Shown one piece after another: positions 58,174 to 64,000 of a stretch of 64,000 nt of DNA (the first letter of the stretch is position 1; every line of letters begins with the position of its first letter). The DNA is from a virus (Duplodnaviria; Caudoviricetes), in IMG/VR virus record IMGVR_UViG_3300031760_000050, positions 3,744 through 67,743 of that record. One strand, written 5' to 3'. Under the pieces are notes generated by a model. That model was not told where the DNA came from. It was given only the letters and a program-made list of their open reading frames with translations, and made no database searches. Made by a program: the position numbers and the translations under genes.

Positions 58174-60100
58174 ACATTCCTATCATTTCAAGAAATTCTT
58201 GTTCACTAATTATCTTGACGCCAAACTTCAAAGCATTGAGATACTTTGAAGATGTAGGTTCAATCAAATTAGTTACAAGATAAGCAGTCTTTTTGGTTAC
58301 AGCACTCTTAGTATTTGCGCCATTTAATTGAGCTAAGTGTTCCATCTCAGCACGGTTGCCTGTTTCGAATGAACCTGTAAATACAACGTCTTGGTCTCTG
58401 AATACCAATTCGTTCTTACCGCCATTCTCAACACGAGGAACTAACTTGAACTTACCAACTTTCAGAATCTTGAAAGTTTCACCTCTCAATGAGTTCAACC
58501 CATCAAGAAGTGTCTGTGCTGTAATTACTGCAACTCCACGTATAGAGCTTAACGAATCAACCGAAGCATCCATTATAGATTCAAGTGTGTCAAATCCAGC
58601 ATCTACAATGGTCTGTGCTAACGTTTCACCAATACCGTCTATATCAAGCCCCGCAATAAATCTTGCTAAGCTTAATTCAGTCGGATGATTGCGAATATTA
58701 TCACAAATAGCCACGGCTCGTTTTGAAAAGTTCTCCTTTGGGTTTGTGATGAAGAACTTTGTAATGTTTGAAGGATGTACGGTTGTATACAAGCTGTGAA
58801 TATCCTCGACGACTCCGTTATCAAACAGAACCTTCAAGAATGTGATTCCGAGTCCTTTGATATCCATAACCTGAATCCACTTTGACACACGGTGAAATGC
58901 ACGTTTTATACATGCTTGGTTAGGACATCGAACTTCAGTATCTGTAACTACAAGCTTCGTTCCACAACCATCGCATGTTGTAGGCGGAACGATTGCTCCC
59001 AAGAACTTACCTCCAGGAATCTGACTTTCAATCTTTGGGATTATCTCGCCACGCTTGGATACAACGATTTTAGAACCGATGTAAACTCCAAGCGATTTAA
59101 TCGTTCCCATATTTACGAGGTTAGCACGCTTCACGATTGTGCCGCAGAGTTCTACAGGTTCATAAATTGCTACAGGTGTGTACGTCGGTCCGTTCTGAGA
59201 CCATTCAACGCTCGTGATTGTAGTAACCGCAGTATCAAGCTCGAACTTGAACGCGATTTGACTGTCTGGTCTTGGTAAATCTGCGTCTTCAGGGTGCAAG
59301 TTATTATCCTTAATTACCAACCCGTCGATATTGTATGGAAGATTTTCACGAAGCACTTGCATCTTGTCTCTGAACTCGATAACTTTCATTGGATTGGTAA
59401 ATACCTCATACCAAGCTGTGGTGAAGCCTTGCTTAGTAAGCCAACGTAGTTTATCAAGCTCATTATTGAACTTTACAGAATCACAGGTACTGATAGCATC
59501 ATAGCAAATGATTGTGAGATTCTCACATCCTTCACCATTCCGCCGTTTCATGATACCATTAGCTGTATTTCTACAATTCGCCTTGTCGAAGTATTTGCTC
59601 TGGAAAACGCCCTTCATGAGGATAACTTCACCTCGTGTAGCCCCAGAAAATCCACCTGAAACTTCAGGGATAAATCCTTGCATTTTCCTTGCATTTGACG
59701 TTATAACGTCCCCATAGTACCCATTGCCACGTGTAACTGCTTTGACACATTTTCCGTTGGAATATTGCAATTCGATACTACAACCGTCGAGCTTATGCTC
59801 GACAATCATTTCCGTCCACATGTGTTTATTGTACCACGCATTAAACGTAGCATACGAATTGCATTTATTCTGACTTCCCATTGGGATTATGTGTTTTACT
59901 TTTTCAAAATCGTCGCTGTGGTCAAATCCAACTTTCTTTAAGACCGGATTATCTGGGTCGAGCTCAGTAAGCTCGTCCCAGTATCTGTCAAATTGAGAGT
60001 CTGGAATCTCAGCGTCGCCATTATAATAGAGGTCTTGATTTCTCTTGATAAGATACTCAAGCTCCTCTATTCTCCTCTTGTCTGCTGTGTTGTGTTTCAT
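58172..60100 (-). CDS. ligA: NAD-dependent DNA ligase
   Basis: EHKLDG, VTRGNG, DGLVIK, AFKF, Zn finger, HhH, C-terminal BRCT. Confidence 0.97.
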   Translation of the reverse strand: MKHNTADKRRIEELEYLIKRNQDLYYNGDAEIPDSQFDRYWDELTELDPDNPVLKKVGFDHSDDFEKVKHIIPMGSQNKCNSYATFNAWYNKHMWTEMIVEHKLDGCSIELQYSNGKCVKAVTRGNGYYGDVITSNARKMQGFIPEVSGGFSGATRGEVILMKGVFQSKYFDKANCRNTANGIMKRRNGEGCENLTIICYDAISTCDSVKFNNELDKLRWLTKQGFTTAWYEVFTNPMKVIEFRDKMQVLRENLPYNIDGLVIKDNNLHPEDADLPRPDSQIAFKFELDTAVTTITSVEWSQNGPTYTPVAIYEPVELCGTIVKRANLVNMGTIKSLGVYIGSKIVVSKRGEIIPKIESQIPGGKFLGAIVPPTTCDGCGTKLVVTDTEVRCPNQACIKRAFHRVSKWIQVMDIKGLGITFLKVLFDNGVVEDIHSLYTTVHPSNITKFFITNPKENFSKRAVAICDNIRNHPTELSLARFIAGLDIDGIGETLAQTIVDAGFDTLESIMDASVDSLSSIRGVAVITAQTLLDGLNSLRGETFKILKVGKFKLVPRVENGGKNELVFRDQDVVFTGSFETGNRAEMEHLAQLNGANTKSAVTKKTAYLVTNLIEPTSSKYLNALKFGVKIISEQEFLEMIGM

Positions 60101-60109
60101 AAATGCCTC

Positions 60110-60289
60110 TTATTCATAATGCTTTAAGAGTGTGGTAAACTTGTAACCGTATTTGTTATTCAAATCTACCAACTCCTGAAATCTTTTATCTGCTGAATCT
60201 CTGGTAGGAAATGTCTCTTGTATAGACTCATAATGTCCATCTTCCATAGGCGCACCATATGATATAGTATAATCTGAAGTTATCTTCAT
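60110..60289 (-). CDS. Small protein, 59 aa (not in ORF track)
   Basis: AGGAG SD; MKITSDYTISYGAPMEDGHYESIQETF...; stop 9 nt before ligA start. Confidence 0.65.
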   Translation of the reverse strand: MKITSDYTISYGAPMEDGHYESIQETFPTRDSADKRFQELVDLNNKYGYKFTTLLKHYE

Positions 60290-60394
60290 TAGTTTCTCCT
60301 TTGCTTTTTCAAAGCGGTTGTAAGCTTATAGTATTGTCCGCAATTCATGTGCTTTATAGATTGCTCCTTATATATAGAATGTATAATTACAACA

Positions 60395-60428
60395 AAAAAT
60401 ATCAGCTCCACGGGTGCACCCGTGGAGC
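60395..60428 (-). terminator. Intrinsic terminator ending candidate ncRNA
   Basis: gctccacggg-tgca-cccgtggagc then UGAUAUUUUUUG on minus. Confidence 0.85.
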
Positions 60429-60944
60429 CAATCTTTCTGCGTCAGCTAACGCATAATCTTACAACTCATGCACTTGGGTTGCATTGGAACTGAGGCGACT
60501 ATTGGTGGCAATCGCTAGTCGTCCACAGTTACGAGATATCGTCTTTCAAAGATGTATTACTACATCTCACGAGTTTGCTAAACTTGTCATGTAGACACCT
60601 CATCCCGAGAGAGTGCACACTCAGGACTTCTTCGCATCATTTAATCGCTCTTGCCCTACACCGCGTGAGCGAACTATCGAAAGTAGTCGAACTTGACCTA
60701 AACTAACTCTGACTGTTGAATAGGGTAATCGACAGTTTCGAAAGCAGATTATCGGCTAATCGGAGCGCCGAACTCCATACCCACGGTTCTACCAAGTTGC
60801 GCAAACTCAGCATTCAGCGAACCATATTGAAAGAGCTAACGTGCTCTAAAGCGCCTCAAGATAGGAGAAAACAGGCGCCGGTGCAATGCGCATGACGATT
60901 AGCTCGAACGGGGATAACGGAGCTAACTGTCTTGCAACCTCAGT
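60400..60944 (-). ncRNA. Candidate large structured non-coding RNA, about 545 nt
   Basis: No ORF in track; late promoter at 60944-60955; at least 8 local stems; 5' end complementary to 60489-60495; terminator at 60395-60428. Confidence 0.7.
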
Positions 60945-60955
60945 AACGTACTGTT
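60944..60955 (-). promoter_or_regulatory. Late-type promoter of candidate ncRNA
   Basis: AACAgtacgtTA inside an inverted repeat. Confidence 0.65.
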
Positions 60956-60971
60956 ACTGAGTTTTTATTTT

Positions 60972-61397
60972 TTAATCAAGAATATGAGGGTCGTACTTTG
61001 AATTTGTCGCCATACAGTAGTACGCATATACTGTGAGTAAGTCACTCTTGGTAGGTCCTTTGGTCGCAGCTGAATGACTTAAATCCCCGACTACCAAATC
61101 ATAGAACTGACCGAGATATTCATGTGTCAACGGAATCAAAGCAACGCAATCATGTTCTTTCTGATGGTAGATACCTTCGATATCATAGCATTTCCCTTTG
61201 TATCTGTAAACACAGTGTGAAGTTGGAAATGCTACGCAAACTTCACCGCCGGGATAATTTGCTTCGAGAATCTTAGCAAAGTTGTAACACTGCCCTGCAC
61301 GAAACAGTAGTCTCACAACTTCTTGCTGATCTTCATTGAACTGTCCACAGTTATCATAAATAGTTTCAATGAACTTGAGAATTGATTTCTTTTTCAT
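60972..61397 (-). CDS. Small papain/transglutaminase-like protein
   Basis: GQCYNFAKIL...SHCVY...YDIEG (C-H-D). Confidence 0.6.
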   Translation of the reverse strand: MKKKSILKFIETIYDNCGQFNEDQQEVVRLLFRAGQCYNFAKILEANYPGGEVCVAFPTSHCVYRYKGKCYDIEGIYHQKEHDCVALIPLTHEYLGQFYDLVVGDLSHSAATKGPTKSDLLTVYAYYCMATNSKYDPHILD

Positions 61398-61442
61398 AAT
61401 TGCTCCTTAAAAAGAATATCGGGAGCCAAAGCTCCCGAGCTA

Positions 61443-61715
61443 TTATTTCGTCGAATTGATAAGCTTGCGATACATCGACAAATCAATTACTAATGGATAC
61501 AGAAGATGTGCAGGTACTCCTTCCAAAGCTCTTGATTTGAGATATTTCTCAACCATATTCAAACACCGTTCACAGAGGTTCATGTTTACGGGAATTACAG
61601 AACCTTCTTTTGTCTTCGTGCGACAAACATATCTACTATACTCCTTTACGGATTCTGCTGAGCAAACACTACAAGCAGAGTTTCCATACGGAGAGTATGT
61701 TACTTGCTGAGACAT
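61443..61715 (-). CDS. Small Zn-binding hypothetical protein, 90 aa
   Basis: CSVC...CERC; GGAGG SD. Confidence 0.65.
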   Translation of the reverse strand: MSQQVTYSPYGNSACSVCSAESVKEYSRYVCRTKTKEGSVIPVNMNLCERCLNMVEKYLKSRALEGVPAHLLYPLVIDLSMYRKLINSTK

Positions 61716-61770
61716 ACTAGTTGCCCTCCAATATCCAAGCGATTTTCTTCCAAATTGTACTCCTTAGTTA

Positions 61771-61782
61771 AATGATGCATAT
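61771..61782 (-). promoter_or_regulatory. Early-type promoter motif
   Basis: ATATGCATCATT. Confidence 0.55.
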
Positions 61783-61785
61783 TTC

Positions 61786-62103
61786 TCACTGTACGGTACC
61801 CCTACTCTGTTCTGGACTGAGCCACCAGTCAGTCATATCCGTAGGAGTTCTGGTTGGAGTATTATTTTTGAGCATATCGTTCAAGTCAAAAACGCACTCA
61901 TACTTCTGAGCAATATTGCCAGATTCCATAAAGCTAATTTTCCTGAGAACTTTGTCAAATATCTCAGCAGAGCACAGCGATTTCTTGATAGTTACACTAA
62001 CTTTATACCTGAACTCTATAATGAGAGACTCCTGCTGCTCAAAGTATCTTGAGATATCATCAATCGCATATCTGGTATTGTCGATTATAATAAATCGTTT
62101 CAT
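61786..62103 (-). CDS. Hypothetical protein, 105 aa
   Basis: AGGAG SD. Confidence 0.7.
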   Translation of the reverse strand: MKRFIIIDNTRYAIDDISRYFEQQESLIIEFRYKVSVTIKKSLCSAEIFDKVLRKISFMESGNIAQKYECVFDLNDMLKNNTPTRTPTDMTDWWLSPEQSRGTVQ

Positions 62104-62148
62104 AATATCTCCTAAAAATAACTCCGCGATTACTCACGGAGTTTTGAT

Positions 62149-62874
62149 TTATACGTGGTAGATTTTAGTTGCAATCATGTCAGCGTGATGAAGCAATAGC
62201 ACTTCAGGAACTTTCTCAGTCACTTTGCTGAAGCGCATCATTTCTTCATTGGTAACACCGAAGACTCCCATGTGATAATTTACAGCAAGTTGCCACTCGT
62301 ATGAGATATTACCATCGAAGTCCATACCCATCGTATTAAGGATTTTGAAAATACGTCTTAAGCTCTCAGCACCATGACCAATCGTAAACTGTGAAGCGTT
62401 TTCTGGCTCTGCGTAATCGTACCAAGTCTTGATTTGTCCAGCTTTGTCGGTTTTTGACTTCTGAACGTAAGCTCCACACTTGCAGATGTCGTGGAAGACG
62501 CACGCAATTGGGTTGACTGAAAGTGGTTCGATACCGTAAGCGTTAGCTGTCTTGAGTGCAGCTTCGTATACTGCAAGCGAATGAGTAAGCAATCCACCTT
62601 CACACGCACCATGATACTTAGTGGATGCTGGAGCTGTCGTGAAATCAGGAAACTCTCTCAACACATTATCACAGAAGATATCGAAGATTTGGAAACCATT
62701 GGTACAATAAATATTTTTGCACTTATTGCGAATCTGGTTGATAATTTCAGTTACCAACTTCAATGAATCATCGTTCAATGACTCGGGTTTGGTTCTGAGT
62801 GATTCAAGAGTTTGAATTAACTCACTATCTCTGAGAAACTCATGGAATTGCTTCCAATCAATAATATATCTCAT
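62149..62874 (-). CDS. HD-domain hydrolase (YhaM-like)
   Basis: PASTKYHG..EGGLLTHS, FHDICK, HGAES, HMG, LHHADM. Confidence 0.88.
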   Translation of the reverse strand: MRYIIDWKQFHEFLRDSELIQTLESLRTKPESLNDDSLKLVTEIINQIRNKCKNIYCTNGFQIFDIFCDNVLREFPDFTTAPASTKYHGACEGGLLTHSLAVYEAALKTANAYGIEPLSVNPIACVFHDICKCGAYVQKSKTDKAGQIKTWYDYAEPENASQFTIGHGAESLRRIFKILNTMGMDFDGNISYEWQLAVNYHMGVFGVTNEEMMRFSKVTEKVPEVLLLHHADMIATKIYHV

Positions 62875-62935
62875 TATATCCTCCATATAAATTGATTTAG
62901 ATGTGTCTTTGAATAGACATTTTACACCTCGATAA

Positions 62936-62947
62936 GATTATGTATAT
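62936..62947 (-). promoter_or_regulatory. Early-type promoter motif
   Basis: ATATACATAATC. Confidence 0.62.
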
Positions 62948-63048
62948 GTACACCAAAAAATAATAAAGAACACCAGATACTTTCTGGTGTTCTTTATCAC
63001 ATCATCTTGAAAAAAATAGCTCCGCAGGAAACCCTGCGGAGTATAGAA

Positions 63049-63897
63049 TTATTCAGACGATTTGCTCCAGTCTTCGTCTGGGTCGAAGCCATGTTGACGT
63101 TCCCAATCTATGTACGCTAATCTAGCATGAGTAATAGCATCACAATCTTGATTACAAGTCATACTCGCGCCATCTGTAACGCAGAAGAATGGAACTTTGT
63201 ATTCTTCAGAAAGTTTCTTTACCCTCATCAAGAACTCTCTCGATTTAAGTTCTTTCGAAGCATTCTTCATATCGAGTTCTTTCCGCATCTCTTCAACCTT
63301 ATGAATACTCTGCTTGTAAATCCTATAGTAAAGAACTTCACATAATATATTCATTACGCACATAATGCATTCAATCACTATAACTGTATTCATGGTTATC
63401 GGAGCATTACCAATGATGAAGAACGCTATCAAAATGCTAATACATCTAGCAATAATCTGTGAGGTTGAATGATATCTCGACCGTCTGCGAGAATGCTCAG
63501 TTCTATCATTACCATTGAACCATGCAGCATTGACTTCTACAAACATATATCCTTCGGCATTATTGAATCCATCAATTAATGCGTCAATAATCAGCAACTG
63601 CACAAGGTTATGTGTAATGATAAAGATTACCAAGCTAATCAAGTCACCAAACGTCATTGCGAGCACAAGTAGCTTATAGTTGTAGAAGACCTTACGTTTA
63701 ATCTTTGTATTATCGAAGATTTTCGCCATGAAGAAATCCATGACAAAGAACGCAAACCCATACAACGTCATGGCGTAGTACGGAAGATTTTCTTGATAAG
63801 CCCTACCAATGAGCGACGGAGCAAATCCCCAGCACAGCCCACCAATGAAGATTGTCTTGCATAATTTCATTGAAATCTTGTACATATCTTTATTCAT
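63049..63897 (-). CDS. Membrane protein, half-MFS-like (about 6 TM), fused to small soluble C-terminal domain
   Basis: Hydrophobic helices, WFNGNDR loop; C-terminal FFCVTDGAS...WERQHGFDPDEDWSK; AAGGAG SD before 63897 (in-frame ATG also at 63975). Confidence 0.6.
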   Translation of the reverse strand: MNKDMYKISMKLCKTIFIGGLCWGFAPSLIGRAYQENLPYYAMTLYGFAFFVMDFFMAKIFDNTKIKRKVFYNYKLLVLAMTFGDLISLVIFIITHNLVQLLIIDALIDGFNNAEGYMFVEVNAAWFNGNDRTEHSRRRSRYHSTSQIIARCISILIAFFIIGNAPITMNTVIVIECIMCVMNILCEVLYYRIYKQSIHKVEEMRKELDMKNASKELKSREFLMRVKKLSEEYKVPFFCVTDGASMTCNQDCDAITHARLAYIDWERQHGFDPDEDWSKSSE

Positions 63898-63978
63898 ATG
63901 TAACTCCTTACTGGTGTTTCGCGAGTGGTTATCCAGTACCACGACAGAAATTAGACTTTCTTTCGTTAGTCTCATAAT

Positions 63979-63990
63979 TATAATGTATAA
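63979..63990 (-). promoter_or_regulatory. Early-type promoter motif
   Basis: TTATACATTATA. Confidence 0.5.
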
Positions 63991-64000
63991 CGTCGGGGGG

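Noticed and set aside
60430-60462. Minus-strand GAT TAT GCG TTA GCT (DYALA) resembling a tmRNA tag
   Set aside because: No stop after the Ala codons, it lies at the extreme 3' end, and no tRNA-like acceptor/T-arm ends are present
60620-60636. GAAGAAGUCC resembling RNase P CR-I (GAGGAAAGUCC)
   Set aside because: Imperfect, in the wrong position, and no matching CR-V near the 3' end
1-64000. Stop-codon reassignment, tRNAs, CRISPR arrays, reverse transcriptase systems
   Set aside because: Genes are full length and densely packed under code 11; no cloverleafs, repeat-spacer arrays or RT motifs noticed by eye

Overview
The window is a 64-kb segment of a large contractile-tailed (jumbo) phage of the phiKZ/AR9-like supergroup, read with the standard genetic code. 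It encodes three multisubunit RNA polymerase pieces (apparently unsplit beta, beta' N-terminal/catalytic, beta' C-terminal) and a probable sigma-like promoter-specificity subunit (AR9 gp226/phiKZ gp68-like, from recalled similarity only). Replication genes are a family-B DNA polymerase fragment, an SSB-like protein, RusA and an NAD-dependent ligase. It also carries a GroEL-like chaperonin, baseplate, sheath and tube genes, a 3156-aa tape-measure/M15 peptidase and many small accessory genes. Reading the intergenic DNA shows two promoter classes: AACA-N6-TA (the AR9 late consensus) before 14 late-type units, and ATATACATNAT before early-type units. The most striking unexplained elements are (1) a ~545-nt ORF-free, hairpin-rich RNA with its own late promoter and terminator (60400-60944, minus), (2) a structured 5' leader conserved at two loci, (3) late promoters buried in hairpins that would mask an RBS or RNA 5' end in read-through transcripts, (4) a likely -1 frameshift in a tail-chaperone gene pair, and (5) micro-ORFs behind early promoters. 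Ligase motifs hint at a spirochaete (Treponema-like) host. All assignments come from motif reading by eye; no searches or folding programs were run. Several starts were moved from the ORF track to the nearest SD-preceded ATG.
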